Positions 1 through 11,300 of a stretch of 64,000 nt of DNA are shown here, one piece after another. The position numbers were made by a program, and so were the translations under genes. This DNA comes from Dehalococcoidia bacterium (GTDB lineage: Bacteria; Chloroflexota; Dehalococcoidia; Bin125), in assembly GCA_965242565.1 (NCBI GenBank), contig OZ251457.1, positions 2,904,653 through 2,968,652 of the forward strand, given 5' to 3'. Each line of letters begins with the position of its first letter. The first letter of the stretch is position 1. The notes under the pieces are model-generated. The model was not told the origin of the DNA. It worked only from the letters and a program-made list of their open reading frames with translations, and made no database searches.

Positions 1-1093
1 AAACGACCGCAAATCCAACGATACCGACGCCCAAACCGCCGCCCGCGACTGGCACGCCGCTCTCGCCGAGCGACGCTGGGTCGCCCCCCACTGGCCCGCC
101 GAATACGGCGGCGGCGGACTCGGCCCCATGGAGCAGTTCATCCTCAACCACGAACTCGCCGAATCCGGCGCACCCGGCGTCGGCGGCTCCGGCGTCCAGA
201 TGCTCGGTCCCACCCTGATCATGCACGGCTCCGACGAGCAGAAAGCCCAATACCTGCCGCCCATCCTCAACGCCGAAGTCACCTGGGCCCAGGGCTACTC
301 CGAACCCGGTTCCGGCTCCGATCTCGCCTCACTCACCACCCGCGCCGTCCGCGACGGCGACGAATTCATCCTCAACGGACAGAAAATCTGGACCTCCGCC
401 GCCCACACTGCCGACGCCATGTTCGCACTCGTCCGCACCGACCCCGACGCCCCCAAACACCGCGGCATCTCCTTCGTCATGATCGACGACATCCACACCC
501 CCGGCATCACCGTCCGACCACTCATCAACGTCAACGGCGACCACTACTTCAACGAAGTCTTCTTCGAAGACGTCCGCATCCCCGCCCGCAACCTCGTCGG
601 CGAACTCAACCGCGGCTGGTACGTCGGCATGACCCTGCTCGATTTCGAGCGCTCCAACATCGCCGGCGCAGTCGCCGCCCGCCGCCAACTCCGCCAACTC
701 ATCGACCACATCCGCGAAAACGCCCAGGGCGCCGCCGAGCGCGTCCGCGGCCCGCTCCGCAACGAAATCGCCGAGCGCTGGATCGAAACCGAAACCCTCT
801 TCCAGTTTTCCTTCCGCATCATCTCCATGCAGACCGCCGGCCTCGTCCCCAACTACGAAGCCTCCACCGCCAAACTCTTCGCCAGCGAACTCAACCAGCG
901 CCTCGCCCTCACCGCTACCCGCGTCTTCGGCCTGCACGCCAACCACTGGGCCCCAACCGCCCAACTCGGCCCGCCCGCCTCCACCTTCACCCGCAACTAC
1001 ATCGCCATGGTCCCCGCCACCATCCGCGGCGGCACCAGCGAAGTTCAGCGCAACGTCATCGCCACCCGCGGCCTCGGCCTCCCGCGAGGATAA
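1..1093 (+). CDS. acyl-CoA dehydrogenase, 5'-partial (reading frame open to the window start; upstream translation ...DWHAALAERRWVAPHWPAEYGGGGLGPMEQ continues the domain)
   Basis: ORF-track protein carries acyl-CoA dehydrogenase middle and C-terminal hallmarks (QGYSEPGSGSD, GQKIWTSAAH, C-terminal IRGGTSEVQRNVIATRGLGLPRG). Clear paralogue of the gene at 31865..33058, which shares the C-terminal ATRGLGLPRG. Confidence 0.85.
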   Translation, partial: NDRKSNDTDAQTAARDWHAALAERRWVAPHWPAEYGGGGLGPMEQFILNHELAESGAPGVGGSGVQMLGPTLIMHGSDEQKAQYLPPILNAEVTWAQGYSEPGSGSDLASLTTRAVRDGDEFILNGQKIWTSAAHTADAMFALVRTDPDAPKHRGISFVMIDDIHTPGITVRPLINVNGDHYFNEVFFEDVRIPARNLVGELNRGWYVGMTLLDFERSNIAGAVAARRQLRQLIDHIRENAQGAAERVRGPLRNEIAERWIETETLFQFSFRIISMQTAGLVPNYEASTAKLFASELNQRLALTATRVFGLHANHWAPTAQLGPPASTFTRNYIAMVPATIRGGTSEVQRNVIATRGLGLPRG

Positions 1094-1095
1094 TC

Positions 1096-4000
1096 ATGAC
1101 CGAACGAGAACCCAATCTGCCGCCGACTCCCCCGGCGCAAGGCGACCAGGAGTTGCGCGACCGCGTCATCGCCGCGGCGATCGACCGCTGGGTGCGCGAC
1201 CTGACAGATCTGGGCGGGCGCAACAGCCTCATTTATCCCCCGCAGATCCGCGACGCCGCTCTCAACCTCACCCCATCCGCCGGTGCGGACGCCGACGCCG
1301 TCCAGCGAATCCTCAGCGGACAGCGCGTTGCGCTCTCCGAGTGCTTCCAGGCCAAACGACTTGCCGACGCTGCGCGCCGCGGTCGCACAATCGCGCGCCG
1401 CGCCGGCTGGCAAGCGGAAGAGACGGGCCTCCAGACGCTCTATCTCGGTCTGGGCGTCGTTTCGTGGAATGTCGAAGACGGCCCGCGCCCCGCCGCGCCG
1501 CTTCTACTCGCAGCCGTAGAGCTCACGCCGCGCGGACGCCTCAGCGAGGACTTCCGCATCGAGATCGTCGGTGACTGGCAGATCAATCTCGTCCTGATTC
1601 AGCTTCTCAAGAACGGCTTCGGCGTTGATCTCTCCGAGGGCGAATTCGAAGACATCCTGAAGGAGTTCGAGTCGCCCGCGCAGATCGATGATTTGTTTCA
1701 GGCCATCGCTGCTGTTCTGGATCGCGCGTGCGTCTCCATCCCCGGTTTTCGCATCGAAAAGACGGCGCTGCTGAGTAACTTTTCGTACGCGAAGCTTCCG
1801 ATGGTCCGCGATCTCGAGGAGTCCGCAGACTCTATCCGCAAACATCTGCTCGTTTCGGCGCTTGCCGGGGTCCCCGGCGCCCGGGAGCGGCTGCGCGACA
1901 GCGTCTTACCGGATGGCCGCGCTGATTTCGCCGCCGAGCTCCCGCCGCAAGATGAGTTCCTCGTCCTCGATGCGGATGCTTCCCAGTCCGCAGCGATCAA
2001 CGCCGCGCTCGCCGGACGCAACCTCGTCATCATCGGGCCGCCGGGCACCGGCAAGTCACAGACTATCGCCAACCTGATCGCCGCGCTTGTCGCGAATGAA
2101 AAGTCCATCCTGTTCGTCGCCGAGAAGCGTGCCGCCATCGAAACCGTGGCGGCGCGCCTCAAAAGCGTCGGCTTGGGTGATTTGCTCCTCGACGTCCACG
2201 GCGGCGTCCGCGACCATCGCCGTACGCTTGAGCAAATCGCGCAGGCGCTCGAAACGGCGCGCAGCGGGACTGTCGCTAACGATCCGTCGGACATTGGCCG
2301 CAGATTAATCCACAGCCGTAAGCGGCTCGCTGCCGCTGTGGAGGTGCTGCACCGGCCCGTAGAACCCTGGGGCCTTTCGGCATACGACGTCCAGGGCGAG
2401 TTGCTGGCGGTGGACGATCGCGATCGCCTGGACCGACGTCTCCGTGTGGAGTCGCTGAAACGCCTGGTCGGCGAAACGCTCGAATCCGTTCGGATAGACC
2501 TGCGCGCCTACGTCAATCTCCATCGACGTTTTGTCGATCCACAGAGTCCATGGTACGGCGCTTTTCGACGCGGGACGCTCGGGGTGCCTGCGCAAAGCGC
2601 GCAGGCCGTCGAAGAAATAGGCCAGCTCACCACCGTTACCCTGCCTCGCCTCCGGCGAGAGCTTGTCTCCCTGTCTGCAAAACTTGGCCTCGACCCGCCC
2701 GCGCGACTTGATGAAGTCGCCGGCTTAATCGATCGTGCCCGCCGGATCGTCGAGGCCTCCCGCACACTCAACGACGCCGCATCGCATTGGCGCAGCCAGT
2801 TTCAGACGGAAGCGGACCTCGCCGAATTACGCGATGCCCTCCAGCCGGTCCGCGGCGGCCCGGTCGCCAGGTTCGCCGCCGCTCTGTTGAGCAGTCGTTA
2901 CCGACAAGCGCGTGCGTCGGTTCGCGCAGCGCTGGTGCGTCAGACCGATGACGCCCGCGAAACGCTCCGCCTCCTCGATTGGCTGATCGACGCTCGATTC
3001 GCGCTCAACGACGCGGCGACGCCGAACCTGGCTCCGGAGTACGTTAATCCGCACAGGCTCGCCGAGATCGACCCCGAACCTGCCGCCAATGCGCTTCAGA
3101 CGGTTGAGCACTCTCTCAGCATCGTCGCCGATGTGGTCATGACCAAAGGATCCATGGCGAGCGACTTGGACCAGATCGAATCGATGCTCCGCGCCCTTGA
3201 CGCCGATCGCGACAGCATGCGCAATCTCATTCGTCTGCCCGAGCTTCACGACAGACTTGCCGAAGCCGGTCTCGGTGCGTTCACAGGTGTCGAGGCCGAT
3301 GTCGAACGCGATCCCGATTGGGACGGCGATGCGGCGGTTCGAGCTTTCGAGTACGCCAGGCTGCAAGGTATTCAGCAGTATCTGCTGGATCAATCCCCCG
3401 AGATCGCCGCCTTCGACGCCGCCAGTCACAACGCCGCGCTGAGCGAGTTCAACGAAGCGGACCGCGCACACGTCAGGACCAACCGGGATCGCATCCTTCG
3501 GCAGTGGGCGGAGAGAGTGATCGACGCGCGTGAACGTTTCCAGGCGGAAGGAGCTGAGCTGCTCTTCGAATCAAAGCGGAAACGTCGTCACATCCCGCTG
3601 CGGCAACTTTTCCACCGGGTTCCCAACATACTGACCCGGCTGAAGCCTTGTTGGGCGATGTCGCCGCTCGTCGTCTCCCAACTGCTGCCCAACGACGGAC
3701 CGCTATTCGATGTCGTCATTTTCGACGAGGCCTCGCAGGTGCGCCCGGCCGACGCTATCCCCGCGCTGCTGCGCGGCCGACAGGCCGTGATCGCAGGCGA
3801 TCCCAAGCAGCTGCCGCCGAACACCTTCTTCCTGTTCACCGCGTCCGATTCGGAAGACGAAAACGACGCTGCGGCGAGCGGACCGCCCACGGTCGATCTC
3901 GAGTCCATCCTCGATGCGGTCGCGGCGCTGCTGCCCGCTCCGTACGGCAGCCGGATGCTCAGCTGGCACTACCGCTCCCGCGACGAGCGGCTGATCGCGT

Positions 4001-5259
4001 TCTCCAATCGCCATGTCTACGGCCGACAGCTGACGACGTTCCCCGGCGCGCTGCGCGACGACTGCATTACGCACGTCGAGATTCCACGGTCGCCCGATTC
4101 CGTGTACCGCAACGCCTCGAACCCGGCTGAGGTTCGCAAAGTCGTCCAGCTCATTCTCGATCACGCCGAGCAGCGGCCGCACGAGTCGCTCGGCGTCATC
4201 GCGCTCGGTCTCCCCCACGCGAGTCAGATTGAAGAGATGCTGCGTCGTGCTCGACGCACTCGGCGCGACCTTGACGAATTCTTCAGCGAGGGAGGACATG
4301 AACCGTTTTTCGTCAAGAACCTGGAGCGCGTTCAGGGCGACGAGCGGGACGCGATCATCTTCACGGTCGGCTACGGGCGCGATCGTGACGGGCGGGTCCC
4401 CAACCGCTTCGGGCCGGTTGCCGGAGCCGGCGGCTACCGACGACTGAATGTCGCCATTACACGGGCAAAGCGTCGTATGACGGTAGTGTCGGCGTTCAGC
4501 GCCGACGATATCGATCCTGATCGCTTTCACAGCGAAGGCGTGCGCATGCTCGGGGAGTACATCGCCTACGCGGCCAGTGGAGGCCGGAACCTGAGTTTCG
4601 TCGACGCGGATACACAGCTGCTCAATCCGTTCGAAGCCGATGTAGAGCGCCGACTCGCCGCGGCCGGCATTCCGCTCAAGGCGCAATACGGCGCATCGGG
4701 CTATCGAATCGACTTTGCGGCGTTCCACCCGCAGCGCTCGAATCAGCCTGTCCTCGCCATTGAGGCCGACGGCGCTACCTACCATTCCGGTAAGAGCACT
4801 CGAGATCGCGATCGCCTCCGCCAGGATCACCTCGAGCGGCTCGGCTGGCGCTTCTACCGCATCTGGTCCACCGAGTGGTTCCGCAACCCGGAGCGGGAAG
4901 TTGAGCGATGCGTGGCAGCCTGGCGCGACGCCGTCGAGTCCTTGGAGAGCGGTGCAGAGCCCACATCGGTCGAACGCGCCGCCGAGCCGCTTGCCGCCGC
5001 TGCGCGACAGACACCGCAGCGCAGTCTCAGACCCAACATCGGTCCACCACGCGCGACCATCTCCGAGTACAGCGAAGCCGAACTTGCGGACCTTGTCCGC
5101 TGGATTCGGTCCGACGAAAAACTCCGCACGATGCAGGAACTGATTCAGGACACCATCAAGGAGTTGGGTTACCGTAAACGCAGCGGCGGAATCGAGGCCG
5201 CCGTCCGACGCGCGATCGCTGTCGCGAATCGGACAGGAGCCGACCATGACGACCAGTAA
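1096..5259 (+). CDS. large SF1 helicase-nuclease, 1387 aa. Domains: DUF4011-like N-terminus; Upf1/DNA2-like AAA_11-AAA_12 helicase (Walker A IIGPPGTGKSQT, motif II DVVIFDEASQ); Vsr/DUF559-like REase domain; C-terminal DUF3320-like tail. Resembles the 'Hhe' single-gene defence architecture
   Basis: Motifs read directly from the ORF translation. ATG sits 2 nt after the upstream stop. Domain-family names come from recall of Pfam architectures, not from a search. Confidence 0.8.
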   Translation: MTEREPNLPPTPPAQGDQELRDRVIAAAIDRWVRDLTDLGGRNSLIYPPQIRDAALNLTPSAGADADAVQRILSGQRVALSECFQAKRLADAARRGRTIARRAGWQAEETGLQTLYLGLGVVSWNVEDGPRPAAPLLLAAVELTPRGRLSEDFRIEIVGDWQINLVLIQLLKNGFGVDLSEGEFEDILKEFESPAQIDDLFQAIAAVLDRACVSIPGFRIEKTALLSNFSYAKLPMVRDLEESADSIRKHLLVSALAGVPGARERLRDSVLPDGRADFAAELPPQDEFLVLDADASQSAAINAALAGRNLVIIGPPGTGKSQTIANLIAALVANEKSILFVAEKRAAIETVAARLKSVGLGDLLLDVHGGVRDHRRTLEQIAQALETARSGTVANDPSDIGRRLIHSRKRLAAAVEVLHRPVEPWGLSAYDVQGELLAVDDRDRLDRRLRVESLKRLVGETLESVRIDLRAYVNLHRRFVDPQSPWYGAFRRGTLGVPAQSAQAVEEIGQLTTVTLPRLRRELVSLSAKLGLDPPARLDEVAGLIDRARRIVEASRTLNDAASHWRSQFQTEADLAELRDALQPVRGGPVARFAAALLSSRYRQARASVRAALVRQTDDARETLRLLDWLIDARFALNDAATPNLAPEYVNPHRLAEIDPEPAANALQTVEHSLSIVADVVMTKGSMASDLDQIESMLRALDADRDSMRNLIRLPELHDRLAEAGLGAFTGVEADVERDPDWDGDAAVRAFEYARLQGIQQYLLDQSPEIAAFDAASHNAALSEFNEADRAHVRTNRDRILRQWAERVIDARERFQAEGAELLFESKRKRRHIPLRQLFHRVPNILTRLKPCWAMSPLVVSQLLPNDGPLFDVVIFDEASQVRPADAIPALLRGRQAVIAGDPKQLPPNTFFLFTASDSEDENDAAASGPPTVDLESILDAVAALLPAPYGSRMLSWHYRSRDERLIAFSNRHVYGRQLTTFPGALRDDCITHVEIPRSPDSVYRNASNPAEVRKVVQLILDHAEQRPHESLGVIALGLPHASQIEEMLRRARRTRRDLDEFFSEGGHEPFFVKNLERVQGDERDAIIFTVGYGRDRDGRVPNRFGPVAGAGGYRRLNVAITRAKRRMTVVSAFSADDIDPDRFHSEGVRMLGEYIAYAASGGRNLSFVDADTQLLNPFEADVERRLAAAGIPLKAQYGASGYRIDFAAFHPQRSNQPVLAIEADGATYHSGKSTRDRDRLRQDHLERLGWRFYRIWSTEWFRNPEREVERCVAAWRDAVESLESGAEPTSVERAAEPLAAAARQTPQRSLRPNIGPPRATISEYSEAELADLVRWIRSDEKLRTMQELIQDTIKELGYRKRSGGIEAAVRRAIAVANRTGADHDDQ

Positions 5260-5300
5260 CCGAACTGACGCACTCCCCGGTCTCCCGCGAGGCTGACGCC

Positions 5301-8300
5301 ATGGCCCGCCGAACGCCCGCCAACGACCCCGACGCCGTCCGCCGCGCCCTGCGCAGCTGGACCAACCAGCTGATCGACACCGGCGGACGCAACCGTCTGC
5401 TCTACTTCAAACACCTCAAGCGCGGCACCCTCGACCTCGGCCCCGACTCCGGCGCAGACTCCGCCGTCGCCGTCGCCCTCCGGCGCGGGCGCAGCATCAA
5501 ACTCTCCGACTGCTTCCCCGACGACAGCGGCGCCGCCGCCTCCCAGCGCGCTCGCTGGATCCTCCGCAAAGCCCGCGAGCACGAAGAAGAACAGGGCATC
5601 CGCACCCTCTACCTCGGCTGGCGCTTCGCAACCTGGCAGCAGTCCGGCCCCGGCCCCGCTACCCCCAACGCCCCGCTCCTGCTCGCCGCCGCCGAACTCA
5701 CCCCCCAGGGCCGCATGGGCGACGACTTCACGCTCAGCATCGCCGACGACTGGGAGGTCAACCCCAGTATGGCCCAGCTGCTCAAGCGCGAATTCGGCGC
5801 GGAACTCGACGAAGCCGCTCTCGAAGACCTGCTTCAGGCCGACCCGCTCGACGACGCGGCCATCCTCAATCAGCTCCGCCGCGCCTACGACACCATCCCC
5901 GGCTTCAACATCCACGACGGCCTCGTTCTCGGCACCTTTTCCTACGCCAAGCTCCCCATGGTCCGCGACCTTGAAGCCGCCGAAGCCGCCGTCGCCCAGC
6001 ATCCGCTCGTCGCCGCCATCGCCGGCGATCCCCAGGCCCAGGAGCAGCTGCGCGACACTCAGCGCAACGGCGCGCGCGGCCAATCCGTCCCCGGCGGCGA
6101 CGACCTCCCCCCGCGCGACGAGTTCCTCGTGCTCGACGCCGACGGCACCCAAAGCGAAGTGATCAACGCCGCCGTCGCCGGCGCAAACCTCGTCGTCGTC
6201 GGACCGCCCGGCACCGGCAAAAGCCAAACCATCGCCAACCTGCTCGCCACTCTCACCGCCCACGGGCGCTCAACCCTCTTCGTCGCCGAAAAGCGCGCCG
6301 CCATCGACGCCGTCGTCAAACGCCTCAACAGCGTCGGCCTCGGCGACCTCGTGCTCGACCTCCACGAAGGTATGCGCAGCCGTCGCCAAACCGCCGAACA
6401 ACTCGCCGCCGCCCTCGAAACCGCCCACACCGCCCGCGCCCCCAACGTCGAAACCCTCCAGCGCACCCTCAATCAAAGCCGCAAGAGGTTGAGCGACGCA
6501 GAACGCGAACTGCACCAGCCGCACGAACCCTGGGGCCTGTCGATCTATCAGCTCCAGTCCCGCATTCTCGGGATGGGTGATTCGAAGGACATCGGACTGC
6601 GAACAAGCGGTCGCGCCCTCAACGCGCTTCATGGCGAAGCCCTTGAAGCAGCAAAAGATGAGCTCGCCGAGTACATCAATCTCAACGGCGCAGTTCTGGA
6701 TGCGTCCCCCGATGCCCCCTGGGGCGCAGCCCATCGCGCCTCAACGCTGTCGACAAGTGAGCGGGCAGCCGAAGCAGTCCGGCTGCTGGATGACCTGAGC
6801 GGTCGGCTGCTGCCGGAAGTCGAACACGAGCTGGCGGAGATGGCCCAACATCTGGGCATCGACCCGCCCGCGACAGAGTCGATGACGCAAGCGCTGCTTG
6901 AGGCGCTCGCGCGCTTCGAGCCGCTGCACGGGCGGTTTGCCCCCGCAGCGTTCCAAGCCGGCGATGTGGAGAGCCTGCTCTCAGCGCTTGAGCCCGCCGA
7001 GCGCGGTCCTCTTGCCGAACTCAGCGAGACCGACCTGACGCCGTGGGGAGTGACGGTCGAAGAACTCGATCTACGCATTCAGGCGCTTGGCCCTGCTCCT
7101 GAGACCAGCCTCCGCTTACGCGGCGATCGCCTCAAGCGGCTCCGCGGCGACATGCTGGCGCAAGCGATGGCCGATCTGGAGGAGTACATCGATCGTGGCG
7201 GCGCGGAGCTTGACGTATCCGATGCTGCTCCGTGGAGCGCCGCTCACCGAACGTCATCTCTAAGGTCGGAAGCCGCAATCGATGAGGCCGGGCGCCTCCT
7301 TGATCGGCTCAGCGGCGAATTGCTGCCGGCGCTGGAGCGTGAAATCGCCCCGATCGCACAGCAGTTGGGCATCGCTCCGCCCGCGACAGTGCCGATGACG
7401 CGAGCGTTGCTTGAGGCGCTCACGCGCTTTGGGCCGTTGCACGGACGGTTCACGCCCGCAGTGTTCCAGGCCGACGATGTGGAGAGCCTGCTCTCAGCGC
7501 TTGACCCCGCCGAGCGCGGTCCTCTTGCCGGACTGAGCGCGACCGATTCAACGCCGTGGGGCGTAACGGTCGATGAGCTTGACTCACGCATTCAGGTACT
7601 AGGCCAGGCTCCCGAGACTAATTTGCGCTTGCGTGGCGACGCACTCAAGCGGCTCGGCGGCGACTTGCTGGCGCCGATCATGGCTGATCTTGAGGAGTAC
7701 GTCGATCGCGGCGGCGCGGAGCTTGAGGCATCCGATGCTGCTCCGTGGAGCGCCGCTCACCGAGCGTCAACCCTAAGGTCGGAAGCCGCAACCGATGAGG
7801 CAAATCGTCTCCTTGATCGGCTCAGCGGCGAATTACTGCCGGCGCTAGAGCGAGAAAATACGTCAATCGCACAGCATCTGGGCATCGCCCCGCCGCCTAC
7901 GCCAGAGACGATGCGAATACTGTTCGAGGCTCTGGATCGCTTTGCGCCATTGCAGGCGCGCTTTACGCCTGCCGTGTTCGCAGCAGACAACCTGGATAAC
8001 GTTGTCGCGCAACTCGAAGTCGCGAGCCAAGGCCCTCTTGCCGGCGTTGGCGGCGACCAGCGCACTCCTTGGGGCGTGACAGCTGGCGAACTCGATCTGC
8101 GCATCCAGGCCTTGGGTGATGCTCCGCTGTGCGACTTGCGGCTGCGGGGGGACACGCTGAGTGCGCTGGCTGGCGACTCGTTGCAGCGTATGATTGGGCA
8201 CCTCGCCGAGTACATGAATCGCGGCGGTGCCGATCTTGATGCGTCCTTTGGTGCGTGGAGCCCTGTGCATCAGGCGGCGGCCATCGACTCGAACGAACGG

Positions 8301-11300
8301 GTCGCGACTGCAGCTGACTTGCTCGATGAACTGTCGTCAAAGCTGCTGCCTGGCGTCGAACACGAACTGCGCGGAATCGCCGAACGACTGAGCATCGATG
8401 TACCCGCCACGATCGATGAAGCCCACGCGGCGCTTGCGGCAATTCGGCAAATGCAGGGACAACGGGAATGGTTCGCATCAGCAGTGTTCGACGCGAACGT
8501 CGAAACACTGCTCAGCGATCTGGAGGCCAGCCAGGGAGGTGCATTTGGACAGATCATGGCCCGGCTGTTCAATGCGCGATATCGCAGGGCCGTGCGAGAC
8601 TCACGCGAGTTGCTGCTCGATGAACAATCTTCACCAGGGGAGGCGTACGCTCGCTTGGTCGCGTTCTCCAAGGCGTGCGAAGCGTGGCGTGGCATAGCGC
8701 CGGACGATCCGACCGCCGCCGTCTGGGAGATCGACATTGCGCCGTGCGAGGCTGCCCTGGATCTGTTCTCGGACACGCTCGCGACGTTCCACAACGTAGT
8801 CGGGTTTGGCGACGCTGGCCTCGACTGGGCTGCGCAGCGCGAATGGCTCGACGCGCTGGAGCGCGAACGCGCAGTCTTGCTCCAGCTGCCGCACTTGGGG
8901 TCGCTGCGGAACCTGCTCGAGGACGCATCTGTCGCAGAATTCGCCCGGGAAGCTGAGCGACGAGGGTGGAGTGGGAACGAAGCAGCGCAAGCGCTGGATG
9001 AAGCTTGGACCCACTCCGCCCTTGCCGAGCTGACGGAGAGCGAACCGACTTGGCGTGCGCCGTACCGCGCGGCGCGCGCGAACGCGGACGAATGGCTCGT
9101 CCACCCTGACATGCCAACCGCGTGGGTACATCGGTGGCTGCGCGAGTTCACGGATGCTCGCGACCTGTGGCAACGAGCAACTGCCGCGTCTCCGATACCT
9201 GCGGTCTGGACGATCGCTCCTGACGAGGGCGCTGATGCGCTGGAGCGATTCTCCGAGGCGCTCACTGCATTCTGTGCGCTCGCGGCGCTGGATGATGTCG
9301 ATCTCGACTGGCCAACACAACGAGCACAGCTGAATACACTCCAGAGCCATCGTGCGGTCCTGTTCCAGCTTCAACGCTTGGCTTTCCTGCGCGAGCGTCT
9401 CCAGGACACGGCGGTCCTGGGCTTCGCGCGTGAAGCGCAACGACGTGGTTGGACCGGTGGTAATGCGGCGCAGGCTCTCAGCGATGCTTGGACCCGCTCG
9501 GTGCTTGACGAGGTGCAAGAAAGCGAGCCGACATCACACGCGCCATACCGGGCAGCGCGTGCGCGTGTCGACGAATTGCTGGCTCATGCAGCCATGCCAA
9601 CCGCGTGGGCAACTCAATGGCTGCGCGAGTTCGTGGATGCTCGCGACCTGTGGCAACGAGCCACCACCGCGTCTCCGACACCGGCAGCTTGGACGATTGC
9701 GCCTGACCAAGCCGCCAATGCGCTGGAGCGATTCTCGGAAACGCTCGCTGCGCTTTGTGCGCTCGCCGCGCTGGATGACGCTCACCTCGACTGGTCAGCA
9801 CAGCGAATGCGATTGGAGGCGCTCCAGAACCACCGCGCGGTACTGTCCCAACTCCCACGCTTGGCCTCCCTACGCGAGCGCCTGCAGGACGCCGCGATCC
9901 TGGACTTCGCGCGCGAAGCGCAACAACACGGCTGGACTGGCGATCGCGCCGCGCGGGCCCTCAACGACGCCTGGACTCGCTCGGTGCTTGACGAGGTGCA
10001 AGAAAGCGAGCCGACATCACACGCGCCGTACCGGACAGCGCGTGCGCGGGTCGACGAACTGTTGACTCATACGGCCATGCCGACCGCGTGGGTGGTTCAA
10101 TGGCTGCGCGAGTTCGTCGAAGCTCAGCGCATCTGGCAGCGCGCCGTGGCGTCCACTCCCACCGCTGCCGTCTGGACTGCCTCGCCCGCAAACTGCGCCA
10201 CTGCGCTGGCGCAGTTTGCGGAAGCGGCTGACGCCTTCTCTAATCTCGCGGCGCTCGATGATGCCGCTCTCGATTGGGCGGCGCGGCGGGCGCAGATCGA
10301 CTCGCTGCAACGCGACCGTACAGTCGCGCATCGTCTCCCCCGGTTGCACGACCTGCGGGCAAGCCTGAAACGTCGTGGCATGACGCGACTCGTGGCGGCG
10401 GTCCATCGACGCGGACTCGACGGGCGCGGCGCGGTAGAGGCGTTTGAGGACGCTTGGGCTCGTTCCGTGCTGAATGCGGTGAGCGCGGATGCGCCGATCT
10501 TCGCCTCGTTCAACGCTGACGGGCATAACAAGGCCGTCGCGGAATTCTGCGACGCCGACCGCGAGCACATCGCTCAAAGCCCCCGGCGCGTCGTCCGCGC
10601 CTGGGCCGAAGCCGCCGTCGCCGCACGCGACGAACATCCCGAACAGTCCCAACTGATCATGCGCGAGGCCAACCGCAAGCGGCGCCACCTGCCCACCCGC
10701 GACCTCTTCCAGCAGGCGCCCGACGTGCTTACCGCGCTCAAACCCTGCTGGGTCATGAGCCCGCTCGTCGTCGCCCAGCTGCTTCCGCTCGACGGCGATC
10801 CTCCTTTCGACGTTGTCGTCTTCGACGAAGCCAGCCAAATCCCGCCCGCCGACGCCGTTTCCTCCCTGCTGCGCGGACGCCAGGCCATCGTCGCCGGCGA
10901 CCCCAAACAGCTACCGCCCACCTCCTTCTTCACCAGCAGCACCGACCCTGACGACGACGACGACCTAGTCCCCCTGCTCACCCAGGATGTCGAATCAATC
11001 CTCGACGCCATGAGCACCCTGCTGCCCATGCCCTGGGGCTCCCGCACCCTCGGCTGGCACTACCGCAGCAAGGACGAGCGCCTGATCGCATTTTCCAACC
11101 ACCATGTCTACGACCGCCGCCTCACCACCTTCCCCGGCGCGTTGCCCGACGACTGCCTCGAACATGTCGAAGTTCCCTTCGAGCCGGACGCCTCCTGGGT
11201 CAGCGGCTCCTACTCCCCCGAGGTACAGCGCGTCGTCGAGCTGATCCTGCGGCACGCCGCCGAGCGCCCCGACGAGACGCTCGGCGTGATCGCCCTCGGC

